Source: Felis catus (lineage: Eukaryota). From it: 64,000 nucleotides of DNA. Position 1 is the stretch's first letter, and each line of letters opens with the position of its first letter. Below, piece by piece: positions 1 to 13,364 of the stretch. The position numbers were made by a program, and so were the translations under genes. The stretch spans positions 8,806,001-8,870,000 of the forward strand of contig NC_058369.1 of the NCBI RefSeq assembly GCF_018350175.1. Direction: 5' to 3'. Below the pieces are notes generated by a model. It did no database searches. It was not told where the DNA came from and was given only the letters and a program-made list of their open reading frames with translations.

Positions 1-3000
1 CCTTCGAGAGATGCACTCTTTTCTCCTGAGTTCCTTGCTCCCGTCTGTGTATTGTGCCAAGATTTCTCACGGAAGTATCGCCTGTAATTTCTTTCTCCCA
101 AATGCAGGAATAATTCTAGAATTTGACTTCTAGTAATCGAAATAGCCAACCTGACGAGTTAGAAGATCTTTAAATGCCCATCAAAACCCCTCACTAGAAT
201 TAATCCATACCCTCTAAATAAAGAAGCCCTTTAAGAAGTGTGAAGCCCACAGCAATCCCAAGGCCCACAGCCTCATTGTCCCCTGTGTTAGTAGTAACAT
301 CGGTATCCTTCAGCCCTCCATGGTCCCTAACTCCCGTATATGTTCCTGACGGCCCTCCCCAACGAAAGCTAGTTTTTCACTGGAATCCATCTGTGCAGGG
401 TATTTTTAGTATTCCAGGTGATACAGAGAGCCAGTATCTTTTTTTGCTTTCTCTTGAGAACTGAAATACATCCAGTCATGCCTCAGGGTTTCATAGTCTC
501 TCTTAACCTTTCATAAACCTTCTAGGCGGATTTGGAGGATATAAAGTTGTCTACAAAAGTTGTCTACTTTCTGACTAATGGAGACGGCTTAGCTTCTCTG
601 CTCCCCTTTCACAGGACAGACAGCACTCCTGTGTTAAACCGTGTGGCCTTAAAGGGCTGCCTTGGTGCTCAGCTGGTTAAGTGCCCAACTCTTGATCCCA
701 GCTCGTGAGTTCGAGCCCCGAACTGGGCTCCGTGCTGGGCATGAAGCCTACTTAAACAAAAACTTTTCACCTTAAAGAAACATAAAGCCTCCCAGAAAAC
801 TTGCAGTTTGCTCATTCAAGTTTGATATTTAGGGATCTGATCTCAAAACAAGGACTACATTTGGACCCAGTCAAAATCCCTCATGACTGCCTAATGCTTG
901 ACAAATTACCTTTTGACTCCACATAGAAAAAGGTACAGGAAACTCCTCTAACGAATGCACATTTTTTGTGATTTACTGATGGTTCCTATTTAAAAGATGA
1001 AACAGGGGCACCTGGGTGGCTCAGTTGGTTAAGCGGCCGACTTCGGCTCAGGTCACGATCTCGCGGTCCGTGGGTTCGAGCCCCGCGTCGGGCTCTGTGC
1101 TGACAGCTCAGAGCCTGGAGCCTGTTTCAGATTCTGTGTCTCCCTCTCTCTGACCCTCCCCCGTTCATGCTCTCTCTCTGTCTCAAAAATAAATAAACGT
1201 TAAAAAAAAATTTTTTTTAAATAAAAGATGAAACAACTGTGCTGGGTATACTATTACAACACCTTTTGGGGGCGCCTAGGTGGCTCAGTGGGTTAAGGGT
1301 CTGACTCTTGGTTTTGGCTCAGGTCATGATCTCAGAGTTTGTGGGATCGAGCCCCGCATCGGGTTCCGTGTTGGCAGCCCCAAGCCTGCTTGGGAGTCTC
1401 TCTCCCTCTCTTAATAGAAGAAAATAATCATTAAAGAAAGCAAACAAAACTTTTTTAAAAAACTTTTTAATGTTTATTTTTGAGAGAGAGAGAGACAGAA
1501 CATGAGTAGAGGGAAACACAGAATCTGAAACAGGCTCCAGGCTCTGAGCTGTCAGCACAGAGCCCGACGCGGGGCTTGAACTCACAAACTGAGATCATGA
1601 GCTAAGCCGAAGCCGGACACTTAACCAACTGAGCCACCCAGGCGCCCCACAGAACTCCTTTTGAAGCCACTGAGGCAGTACCTTTACCTTTGGCTATTCC
1701 AGCCAAGTAGGCTGAGTTATAGAAGCCCTTACACGAGCTTGTACCTTATCCAAGGGTAAAAGCACATTTATACAGTCAGTATGCCCTTGGGATAGCTCAT
1801 GACCTTGCAATATTAGGGAGACGAGGTGTCCCTACCTCCAATAAAAAACTAAAAATGTCTATACCCCAAATTTATTAGATGCCACATATTAGCCAGCTAC
1901 TATGGCAATTATTAAGGTTCCCGGGCATTCCGGATTCCACTCCCTGGAGGCCAAAGGAAACCACCTTGCTAATACTGCCCCCCAAAAAATGCTGCTCTAG
2001 GAAAGCAATATTCAAACGTCCATCATGTTCCAAAGGGAGATTCTCCCAAATGATAATCAGAAAAGTTAAACAGAGACACCCAACATTGGCCCCAGGGAAA
2101 AAAAAAAAATCAGAAATCTAATAATTGTTGGTCTGATAAAAGAACTCTGGTTTGGGCCAAAAAACCAGTCAGTCTTCCCAGAAATTCTAAAACCCCCACT
2201 ACTTACCACTGCACGTGTATTAAACGATGGGTCTACTGGCAAGATGAGAGCACTCATGAACAAATACCGGTGGGAAAATGTTAACAGGACCATGAAAACT
2301 GCCTACCCCGCTTACCCGTACCGTTCAACGTATAACCCAGGGAAACCAGTTGGCGCAAATTTAGTTCATACAACTTTCCCGTAACGTAGGTATAAATACG
2401 CTTTAGGCATGGTTTGTGTACTTTCTCTCTCGTCTGAGACTCTCCCCTAGGGACAGGCCAATGCTTTCACCGTCACTGAAATTCTGTGACAGATGATCCT
2501 ACCTGAGGAAGCCCTCTTGAACTTCACAGCAATCAGGGAACCAATTTTAACAGTCAGGTGCTTCCACAAGCGACAACTGTCGCGACGTTTACCATCCTCC
2601 ATCTGGAGGGTAAGGACACTATTAAGGCTCAGTAGGCAGATCTGTAGACACCCTTCCAAATACCAGGGCTGATAACACTGCCAACAATAGTTGATAGGCT
2701 GACAGATCCACTCTCTCTGGAACTCACGGACTCTCACCCTTTGAATCGGTCACAGGGCGTCCAATGCACTTGGCCCCTGCCTCCTCGGGTCCACAGCTGA
2801 TAAAAAGAGATATACTTCCATGGTGAAAAGGCCTAATCGCTTTTATTAAAAAATAACCATGCCTTGGTAAGTACAATCTTTTTACGCCGCACTTCTGAGA
2901 GATGACAACCTTAAGCATTAAACCTTGCAACGCGGAGGTTCCGTGTGTTGGAGAAGGTAACTCCAGACTCTTCAGCCTCGTTGGAAAGGTCCTTTTCAGG

Positions 3001-4474
3001 AACGGCTAACCAACCCTTGGGTTGCCCAACTTCAGGAAGAGACTCTCGGATTCGCAGGATACCTGTCGAGAAAGCACCACACCCTGACTGGACCTGCTCG
3101 CTCCGTGGCGAACGGAAGGTAAGGATTTCCCGGAATTGAAGGGGCCAACATCTTTCCCAAGAGATCCAGACTAGGCCAACACACTTTTTTCTCATTGTTG
3201 CTTCTCTCTCCCCCTCTTGTGGAAACACAAAGCCCTTGCTTGCATTTCCCAAACCCTTGCACAAAGGGGGCATTCGCTTCTTTTGATTGTGACCTTTCAG
3301 AAATAGCCTGACCGTGACCCTGTGAGAAATTAATTTTTCAATCCCTTTTTGTGAAGCGTTAGAAGGTTCAAAATCCAGGGGCGCCCGGGTGGCTCAGTCG
3401 GTTGAGCGTCTGGCTTCAGCTCAGGTCATGGCCTCACAGTTCCCGAGTTCGAGCCCCATGCCGGGCGTGCTGCTGTCAGCACGGAGCCCGCTTTGGATCC
3501 TGTCTCCCTCTCCCTCTCTCTGCCCTCCCCCTGCTTGCGCCTTCTCTCTCAAAAATAAACATGAAAAGAATTTAAAAAAAAAAAAGAAGAAGAATCGAAA
3601 TTCACAAGTCTTTCTTTCATCGGAAAGGGTAACTGACTGGATTCTCCTCCAAATTCACCATCTCTGAATTAGCCACCTTACAGGATGTAATCCATTTGGT
3701 CACCAACAGCTCTTTTGAGAGAACACTCTTTAAAAAGCCTTTGAAGGTTTGTTCTACGAAAAACTCATCAGCTGTTGCTTCGTATTTATACCTGTACTGT
3801 ATGGATCTTCCCAAATGCAGGTGGTTGATTATAACCACGTGTTTTTGCAATATTTTCTCATTATTTGCCTATGGCTGCTTTACGCAGCGACTTCCAAGAG
3901 GGATACCGGACTCGAAGGTCTGCATTCAGCGAGTGCACCTTCCTCCTCTAAGTTGGACCAACTTAGTCGTCCAACTAAGTTGGACAGTGCACCCAACTGG
4001 GGCGCCTGGGTGGTTCAGTCGGTTGAGCAGCCGACTTCGGCTCAGGTCATGATCTCGCAGTTTGTGAGTTCGAGCCCCGCGTCGGGGTCTGTGCCGACAG
4101 CTCGGAGCCCGGAGCCTGCTTCGGATTCTGTGTCTCCCCCTCTCTCTGCCCCTCCCCCACTCATGCTCTGTCTCTCCTTCAAAAATAAACATTAATTTAA
4201 AAAAAAAAAATGTACCCAATAAGGTGATGCTGCCTCAACACTCCCGAGATGACCTCCAACACCTCTGACCTTGAGAAGACACAGACCTTGGTTGGGAAAT
4301 GCCTAGGAGTTCTCCCTCTAACCCAGATTAGTTACTCAAATGTGGCTAACGGGGGTCCAACGGCTCTGCGCTTTCTTTCTAATGGAGGCCCTGAAAGAGA
4401 AAACCACTCAACGTGGAAAGCCTGACTCTTCAGCAGCAACGCGTTCAAAGAGAGATCTCGACCAAAGGAAGAAA
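1..4474 (+). mobile_element. Degenerate class I (gamma-like) ERV internal region: pol (RT, RNase H, integrase) and 3' internal remnants, interrupted by SINEs
   Basis: RT-like IFSIPGDTESQYLF (~400-445) and VMPQGF (~475-492); RNase H-like FTDGSYL (~972-992); AEL..ALTRAC remnant (~1710-1745); ends at a purine tract directly before an LTR. Confidence 0.85.
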
Positions 4475-4916
4475 TGTAAAAGTTGACAAAAGGAAACCTG
4501 ATGAAAATGTCAGGAGGCAGGAGCTCAGCAGAAGTTCCCAGCCCTATGGCTCCTCAGGTGCGCACTCAACGGGACGGGACGTACCCTGAAATACCACGTT
4601 GGCGACTACTTTATTACCTCTGCAGAAGAAAGGGTTCCTCCTCACCCCACAACAGGCCGGCCAATGACACAGTCACGACTCGGCCAAAGAAAAGCCGCTG
4701 TATTTTGAACCCCCAGTGTGCTCTGATCAAACTTGTGTTCATAACAGCCCCTCCCAAGTCCCCCGCTTTCTTCTATAGGAGGAGCACTCCTCTCTTTTGT
4801 CCTCCGGTTGCCGATGGCCATGGCCACGCATGGCTTCCTTGTCCGGAACTGCACTTCTCTATTGCTGCGAAACTCATTTTTGCTGAAGAACTGGCAGTTG
4901 ATTTTTAAGGATAACA
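4475..4916 (+). mobile_element. 3' LTR of the ERV
   Basis: Starts TGTAAAAG right after the purine tract aaaggaagaaa and ends ...ggataaCA; sequence beyond 4916 reverts to ZNF 3'-flank paralogous to ~56260. Confidence 0.75.
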
Positions 4917-5496
4917 CGTCATTACTCAATAGCCCTATCCTTACAGAAAAAGGAAAAAATTATGTAAAAATTAAACCTACTTGCACGTTGGAAATAGACT
5001 TCGGTTCGTCCACGGATAAAAGTCGTCCAAATAGAAACACTAGCCTTTTACCAAGTGGAAAATTTTACCTGTTAAACTCAGAATCTGCTGCTTCGTGAGT
5101 ACCTGTAGTATTTTCCCACCTCAATGTTTACTTGCAAAACTGAAGTAGAAATCCAAACTACAGAGAACTTTAAGAATGAGCCACTGTAGGGGCGCCTGGG
5201 TGGCTCAGTCGGTTAAGCATCTGACTTCGGCTCAGGTCACGATCTCATGGTTTGTGAGTTCGAGCCCACTGTCAGTGCAGAGCTTGCTTGAGATTTTCTC
5301 TCTCTCCCTTCCTTCCTCTCACCCACTCTCAGGCAAAATAAATAAATTTCAAAATAAAAAACAAAAGGGGGGCCCCCTGGGTGGCTCAGTTGGTTGGGCG
5401 TCTGACTTTGGCTCAGGTCATGATCTCACAGTTTGTGAGTTCGAGCCCCGCGTCGGGCTCTGTGCTGACAGCTCGGAGCCTGCTTCAGATTCTGAG

Positions 5497-5539
<43 letters not shown>

Positions 5540-5889
5540 AATAAATAAACGTTAAACAAAACAAAAACGAGCCATTGTACCTTTTCCACAAAATATGTAA
5601 ATCACACCATCAGGCTACATGCCTTAAACTTATGCAGTAATATGTTAATTTTTCCCAATAAAACTGGAGAAAAAAAAGCCGCCGATGAAGACAATATTAT
5701 GTATACTGTTAATAACGTTTCTTTCGTGTTGTGAATTTGGGGGAGTGTTATACACTAATTAATTTGCACCAGGCTTACCCATATTACTTACAAAAATAGG
5801 ATTTCCTTCCAGTGCAGTTTTCAAAGGACTTTGAAAACATTTGTTAAAATCAGAAGGTGTTCCTTTATAAAGTATCTATCCATTATACA

Positions 5890-6270
5890 TTCTCTTGTGG
5901 CTTTGCAAGGAGGTGGGGCAAGTGAATTTTCCTACAATGTTTACATTCAAGACTACCCTCTCCAGTGTGGGTTCTTCTGTGGCTTCTCACGGACATGCAC
6001 GGATGGCCTTCCCACGTCCCTTACATTCATATGGTTTCTCCCCCGCGTGCACCCGTGCATCCTCGAAAGACTGTGATAAAGGAAGGCTTTCGCCACTTTC
6101 CTTCCATTCGGTTCCTCTCTAGTAGGAGTTCCGTGTATATGAAGGTAACAGCGAGTAGGACTTGACCGTATTGTTTGTGCACAGAGCGTTTCTCTCCAGT
6201 GTGAGTGATCTCGTGTATTCAGAAAGAACTGGAACCGAAGTCTTTTCCCACGTTCCTTACATTCATACGG
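5890..6270 (-). pseudogene. Decayed zinc-finger repeats in the 3' UTR of gene 1
   Basis: After the stop the minus strand continues CCG TAT GAA TGT AAG GAA CGT GGG AAA and later CAC ACT GGA GAG AAA-like linkers with frameshifts. Confidence 0.8.
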
Positions 6271-8008
6271 CTACGCTCCGCTATGAGTTCTCTCGTGGTT
6301 TCGTAGAGAACTGGAACGAGTAAAGGCTTTACCACAGTGTTTACACTGATAGGGTTTCTCCCCGGTGTGAGTCCGTTCGTGCGTTCGCAACGAACTAGGA
6401 CAATCGAAGGCCTTCCCACACTCCTTACATTTACAAGGTCCATCTCCGGTGTGCTTTATCATGTGCCTTTGAACGTTTGAGAGAGTAATGAAGGCTTTCC
6501 CACACTGCTTACATTCATACGGCTTCTCTCCACTATGGGTCCTTTCGTGCTTTTGCATAGAACTGAGATAAATGAAGGCTTTCCCACACTGCTTACATTC
6601 ATACGGCTTCTCTCCACTGTGAGTTCTTTCGTGTTTTTGCATAGAACTGAGGTAAGTGAAGGCTTTCCCACACTGTTTACATTCATAGGGTTTCTCCCCC
6701 GTGTGACTTCTTTCGTGTTTCTGGAGGGAACAGGGAAAACTGAAGGCTTTGCCACATTCCTTACATTCATGAGGTTTTTTCCTACTATGACTTCTTTCGT
6801 GGTTTTGAAGGGACATGGAGGAACTGAAGGCTTTGCCACATTCCTTACATCCGTATGGCTTTTCTCCACTGTGGATCTTTTCGTGACATCGAAAGTAATT
6901 GGGGCAGTCGAAGACCTTCCCGCACTCCTTACACTTGTAAGGGCCATCTCCGGTGGCCTTCATCACGTGTCTTTGAAATATCGCGAGAGGACTCACGGGA
7001 ACGTTCTCACAGTCGTTACATTCACAGGGTTCCTCGCCCGTGTGACTTCTCTCGTGTTTTCGAAAATACTTGGGACAACTGAAGGACTTCCCACAGATTT
7101 TGCATTCATAGGACTTCTCCCCGCTGTGTCTCCTTTCATGGTTTCGAAAGTATACGGGGCAGCTGTAGGTTTTACCGCATACCTTACATTCGTACGGCTT
7201 CTCGCCCCGGTGTCTCTTTTCGTGACTGCGGAAGGATCTAGGGCAGCTGAAGCCTTTACCGCACTGCTTACACTCGTAGGGTTTCTCGCCGGTGTGCGTT
7301 TTCTCATGTTTTCGAAAGTAATTTGGGCAACTAAAGGCTTTCCCACACTTCTTGCACTCATAGGGCTTCTCTCCGGTGTGAGTTCTCTCGTGTATTCGGA
7401 TGTAACTGGCGTAGCTGAAGGCTTTCCCACATTGCTTACACTCGTACGGTTTCTCGCCGGTGTGAGTTCGCTCGTGAACCCGGCAGTAGCTGAGACAACT
7501 GAGGGCTTTCCCACAGTGCTTACACCTGTAGGGCTGCTCTCCGGTGTGCGTCCGCTCGTGTTTCTGGAAGTTGTGGCGATACCGGAACGTTTCTCCGCAC
7601 TGTTTGCACGCGTAGGGCTTTTCGCCGGTGTGGATCCTTTCGTGCTTGCGAATGGACTGGCAGTGCTTGAAGGCTTTCCCACAGTGCTGGCACTTGTAAG
7701 GTTTCTCGCCGGTGTGAGTCCTGACATGTACGCGGATGGACTGGCGATGTTTGAAGGCCTTCCCACACTCCTTACACTTATAAGGCTTCTCTTCGTATTC
7801 CTGGTACTCGTACAGTTTGTGGCCAGTGTGGGAGAGCATGTGCCTGCTGAAGGACGAATGATGCCTGAACACCTGTCCACAGAAACTGCATTTACGGAGT
7901 TTGATTCCGGTAGAAACCTTCTTTATCTGCTTAGGACTTGGGTTCTGGCGGCGGGGGTCTCCGCGCTGACTACCTTCTTTACTTTGACAGGGACTCTCTA
8001 CCACGCGC
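6271..8008 (-). CDS. KRAB-ZNF gene 1, last exon: C2H2 array with 18 canonical and 1 degenerate finger (ZNF709/ZNF564-like family)
   Basis: ORF 6271..8004 with CxxC-x12-HxxxH repeats and TGEKPY/TGDGPY linkers; acceptor ...ctccggcag|G at 8009/8008 is in frame with the upstream exon. Confidence 0.95.
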
Positions 8009-8924
8009 CTGCCGGAGAAAGAAGCAGGTTATTAACGGTTTATTAGGAATTTCGTATTCACTGTATTATTGCAATGAGACTTTTTTTTTTCCGCCATTTC
8101 CCCCAAAACACCGTGTATGTGTTTCGTGCTGGTCGTCTGGAAGTGAACGGGTGCTAGGCATTCTGTGAGAGGACTCGATCGCAGCTCTTATCAAAAGGGA
8201 TGGTCATCAACGGGGTTTCTGAAGACATTTTTCCACGTATACTATTTTTCACACGTTGAACATCGAGGTCACATTACAGCAAAAATTCTTGATGAAAATA
8301 TCCGAAAAACGAACAGACTTGAAAACTGGTCTGATTTGTTTTATTTGCTTGTTCGTTTTAATTTCATGACAAAGATGCTCTCATGGGACACTCTTTTTTT
8401 ATTTATTTACTTTTAAGTAAACATTAAAAAGGTGGGGGGTGGGCACCTGGGTGGCTCAGTCAGTTGGGCGTCTGACTTCGGCTCAGGTCAAGGTCTCCCA
8501 GTTCATGAGCCTGCAGCTTGCTCTGGATTCTGTGTCTCCCTCTTTTTCTCTGCCCCTCCCCGCACCTCTCTCTCTCTCTCTCAAAAATAAACATTAAACA
8601 GTTTTTTTAAAAAATAAGGGGCGCCTGAATGGCTCAGTCGGTTAGGCGTCCGACTTCAGCTCAGGTCACGATCTCGCGGTCCGTGAGTTCGAGCCCCGTG
8701 TCAGGCTCTGGGCTGATGGCTCGGAGCCGGGAGCCTGCTTCCGATTCTGTGTCTCCCTCTCTCTCTGCCCCTCCCCCATTCATGCTCTGTCTCTCTCTGT
8801 CTCAAAAATAAATAAAACGTTAAAAAAAATGTTTAAAAAAAAAATAACATAAAAGAGTTGCATGCTCTCTACTGAGTTGGCCAGGCACCCCCAGTGACAC
8901 TGCTCTTATATGAGTGGGACTCAC

Positions 8925-8982
8925 CTTCGATTTGTCTCATGTTCATACAGACTTTTACTGTTACGATCTTCCCATCTGTCTC
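8925..8982 (-). CDS. KRAB-ZNF gene 1, KRAB-B-type exon (58 bp)
   Basis: tag|GA GAC AGA TGG GAA GAT...CGA AG|gtgag; translates GDRWEDRNSKSLYEHETNR; phases 1 to 2 fit the neighbouring exons. Confidence 0.85.
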
Positions 8983-9148
8983 CTACAACGCAGACCAGGA
9001 AAAATCAATTATAAAAAAATACTAAAATTATTTTAGTTTCTACGTCCCTGATGAACCGTCACCATGGCTGCTTCATTTACCAACGTATTTGCTTTCCGCA
9101 CTTAACCTCTCGAAACAGCACCGATAAACAAGCAACACTGGCTCCCTA

Positions 9149-9331
<183 letters not shown>

Positions 9332-10920
9332 CTAAAACATCCCATACATGTGTACAGGGGGATGGGTAAGACGGGCAGAACTGGCGATCTATACTCAATT
9401 CGTAAGAAATTCACATACGACCCTGACTTCTCAACATTTATTCTACGACTTGGTTCTCAGACTCCTCCTCTCTGGCCACACTCACGTCCTCATGAATTTA
9501 ACAGCATCACAAACACACGGAATTTACTGCTACATTTTTACGGTGATCACTTCAAATCTTCATTGCTCTCTACTGTCAGGGAACAGAACACCCTGGAGAA
9601 ACGCTACAGAATCGGAAGAAATATTTCCATCTTAAGACCATCAATTCTTTGTGAGAAGAACTTTCATCTCCTTAAATAACCACATCAGGTACTACTCCAT
9701 GAAGCCTGGGGTCATAAGTGCACGATGTTTTATGAACAAAAACAGGAAAAAAAAAAAAAGGAAGCTTTTTCTCCTATTCCCATCCCCAAACATGAGGAGC
9801 CAGGAGGATCCAAACTATCGAAAGATCCAGCTGGCCATAATGTCCTAACGTCCCGCAGGCCATTGCAGTCATATCCAGTTGATGAACAACAATACTCTCA
9901 CAGAAGAGTACAATTCTCATTTGTATAATATTTATCACGGAAATCAGTTTTGCCTTCCGTGCTCTGCCTCATTTCACGGACCAGGATGATATTCGGAGGA
10001 CTCAACTCAGACGGGAGGAAAAGACGTGACAACTTAGACATCCCCAAACTCCATATACTAACGAGTCTCAGAGTTGCCTCCCATTGATTTTTAGGACACA
10101 AAGGCACACAGACCAGAAGAGATTTTCTGACAGAATCATAACTGACCAGGGCCTTGTGACCTTGGGGAACATGTTAAGGCCTGGAGTTTGCAAGGGACTT
10201 TGCTGAATTCCACACCAGTCCTGCAGATGTATGTGTACGGGATAGGACACAGAGTCCAAAAATCTCACCAAATCCCCTTTTTCTGATTCCTGGTGCAACG
10301 GATACCCAACCAGCCATTTGAGAGGCTTTCCTCCCAACTTCTCTCACTTCCGAGTTCCTCTGTTGGGAAGGCAGGACAACCGTCTGTCCAAGCACAGGAA
10401 TCCCTCAACGGATTAATTCCCCTAAATGCTGGTCCGTGAAAGAGATCAGTAATTCAATGATGTCCATGTCTAGGGAACAGCAAAAACGTCCCACCCACAG
10501 CAATTCTAATGCTAGAATGGACGGATTCAGTAGAGTGACAGCAAATGAGGAACATTTCTCAGGGAGTAATGAGGTGCCTCATGACCAGTAATGAACTGGT
10601 CAGTCATAATTATTCTTTCCACCATGGAACTGCAGAGCACGCTCATAAAAAGTCCTATTATCTAGTGTGCAGAAGAGAAGGAACATTAGGAAGCTGGAGA
10701 CTGCTTCGAAAGCCTTAGAGTGGCGCCTGTGTGGCTCAGTCAGTTAAGCACCTGACTTCAGCTCAGGTCATGATCTCCTGGTTTGTGAGTTCGAGCCCCG
10801 TGTCGGGCTCTGTGCTGACAGCTCAGAGCCCGGAGTCTGGAGCCTGCTTTGGATTCTGTGTTTTCCTCTCTCTCAAATTACAGAGATAAAAAGTCGTCAT
10901 TTAAAGATATGTCCAGGGGC

Positions 10921-11367
10921 GGGGCGCCTGGGTGGCGCAGTCGGTTAAGCGTCCGCTTCAGCCAGGTCACGATCTCGCGGTCCGTGAGTTCGAGCCCCGC
11001 GTCGGGCTCTGGGCTGATGGCTCAGAGCCTGGAGCCTGTTTCCAATTCTGTGTCTCCCTCTCTCTCTGCCCCTCGCCCGTTCATGCTCTGTCTCTCTCTG
11101 TCCCAAAAATAAATAAACGTTGGGGCGCCTGGGTGGCGCAGTCGGTTGAGCGTCCGACTTCAGCCAGGTCACGATCTCACCGTCCAGGAGTTCGAGCCCC
11201 GCGTCGGGCTCTGGGCTGATGGCTCAGAGCCTGGAGCCTGTTTCCGATTCTGTGTCTCCCTCTCTCTCTGCCCCTCCCCCATTCATGCTCTGTCTCTCTC
11301 TGTCCCAAAAATAAAAAATAAACGTTGAAAAAAAAATTAAAAAAAAATAAACGTTGAAAAAAAAAAT

Positions 11368-11410
<43 letters not shown>
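10921..11410 (+). mobile_element. Two tandem young felid CanSINEs, representative of many dozens in the window
   Basis: tRNA-derived head ggggcgcctgggtggcgcagtcggtt, (CT)n region and A-rich tail; flanking aaagatatgtccaggggc is duplicated. Confidence 0.95.
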
Positions 11411-11412
<2 letters not shown>

Positions 11413-11523
11413 AGATATGTCCAGGGGCACCTGGGTGGCTCAGTTAACTGTCTGACTCTTGATCTCAGCTAAGGTCTTGATCTCAGGGTGGTGAGTTTAA
11501 GCCCCAAGTGGGCGTAAAGCCTA

Positions 11524-11557
<34 letters not shown>

Positions 11558-13364
11558 AAAAAGGTCCATAATATTCTATGCTTCTCAACAAGGCCCATCC
11601 TCAAGACAATCTATTTCACAAGAGTATAAGTGACCAGGACCGTCCCAAGGCCTATTCGACCTGGGAGGAGGGAAACAGCCAACTTAAGTCCCTTCTAGCC
11701 TTATCACCTCCAGAAGGTGGAGTGCTTCTTCTGAGGATGATGAGGTTTTTTTCCCCCTTGTGACACCAAATATGTGATGTCTGTCCCAACACCACTTCTC
11801 CAATTCTGTGTCACCAAACGGGTGTCTAACAGTTCAATTCACTTACAACACTAACACCCAGGGTCCACATCAGACTCCATAGGTGAAGAGTTCAGTCCCA
11901 CACACTGCCCCTACTTCGGACGCTGGCTGTGACACTTCTGCTCGGCCGCGCACACATTTGGATCCCCTCCATGTGCCATCATGTACGGTAACTTACATGA
12001 CACAGACAAGAGGTAGTGATGCCAAGTCAGGTGGTCATATGCCTAAGGGGAGTGGGGGGGGGGGGTTTGCAGAGCTGCCCCCTACTCTCCGGACACGCCA
12101 ACCTTCTAGCACCTGGATGTAGGTGTTCACCCACCTGGACACCCCCCGAATTGGGTCTTCAAGGGTTTTCGTGGAGATTTCATTCAATGGACACAATTTT
12201 GAAATCTCTGGCCACTGGTGATTAACTCACTCTCCACAGCCTGTCTTCTCTCTCCAGATGCTGGGAGTTGGGGCTCAAAGTCCCAAGCCCTTAATCAAGG
12301 CTTGGTGTTCATGGTGTGTTCAACCCTCACCCTGCTATGTAGTAGCAGTATATATTCATATTTACATTATATATATATTATATATACACATTATATATAT
12401 AATATATACATTATATATATAAAGGGGCGGCGCCTGAGTGGCTCAGTCTGTTGAGCATCTGACTTCAGCTCCAGTCATGATATCACAGTTCATGAGTTTG
12501 AGGCCCGCAGGGGGCTCTCTGCTGTCAGCACGGAGCCCACTGCAGATCCTCAGTCTCCCTCCCTCTGCTCCTCCCCCGTTCGCACTCTTCTCTTTCAAAA
12601 ATAAACACTAAAAAAAAAATGTTTTTAAAAGACACGATCGGGGCGCCTGGGTGGCTCAGTCGGTGAAGTGTCCAACTTCAGCTCAGGTCATGCTCTCGCG
12701 GTCCGTTGAGTTCAAGCCCCGCATCGGGCTCTGTGCTGACCGCTCAGAGCCTGGAGCCTGTTTCGGATTCTGTGTCTCCCTCTCTCTCTGACCCTCCCCC
12801 ATTCATGCTCTGTCTCTCTCTGTCTCAAAAATAAATAAATGTTAAAAAAAAATTTTTTTTTAATTAAAAAAAAAAAGACATGATCACCCCCTTATCACTT
12901 AGGTAATTCCAAGGGCTTCAAGAGGTTTTTGCTAGGAACTAAGAGACATACCTTTCCCACTGTAGCACAGTAGGTCAAACCCAAGTACGTAGATAATAAG
13001 CTCCCTAAAGACGGAGACCAAATCATTGGAGAAGAGGATGCTTCCTTCCCCTGTGCCCACACCTACCTCTCTACACATCAACTGGGCTTTTATTTAATAT
13101 ACGTGCACTACCCTGAAAGAACTAAATGCTTTCTGGTAACATCAGGAAGAAGGCCAGGATGTCCCCTCTCCCCAGTCCTGGTCAACCTTGTACTAGAATT
13201 CTTAACTAATGCAGTAAGACCCAAACAGGAAAAAAAAAAAAAAAAAAAAAAAACCAGTATGCAGGTTGGGAAGCTAGAAATAAAATGGTCTTTGCGGCAA
13301 AAGACAAGACTGTCTGTGGAGCAAATCGCATAGTCCCAAATGACAAGAAAATCCCTTCCAACTC

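Noticed and set aside
1005..1085. tRNA-like A/B boxes (tggctcagttgg...gttcgagccc)
   Set aside because: tRNA-derived SINE heads, not tRNA genes.
6535..8046. 503-aa + strand ORF
   Set aside because: Antisense shadow of the repetitive zinc-finger exon, with no independent protein features.
8629..8811. Recurring short ORFs of the type AQSVKRPTSAQVMISRSVSSSP throughout the window
   Set aside because: Translations of CanSINE copies, not genes.
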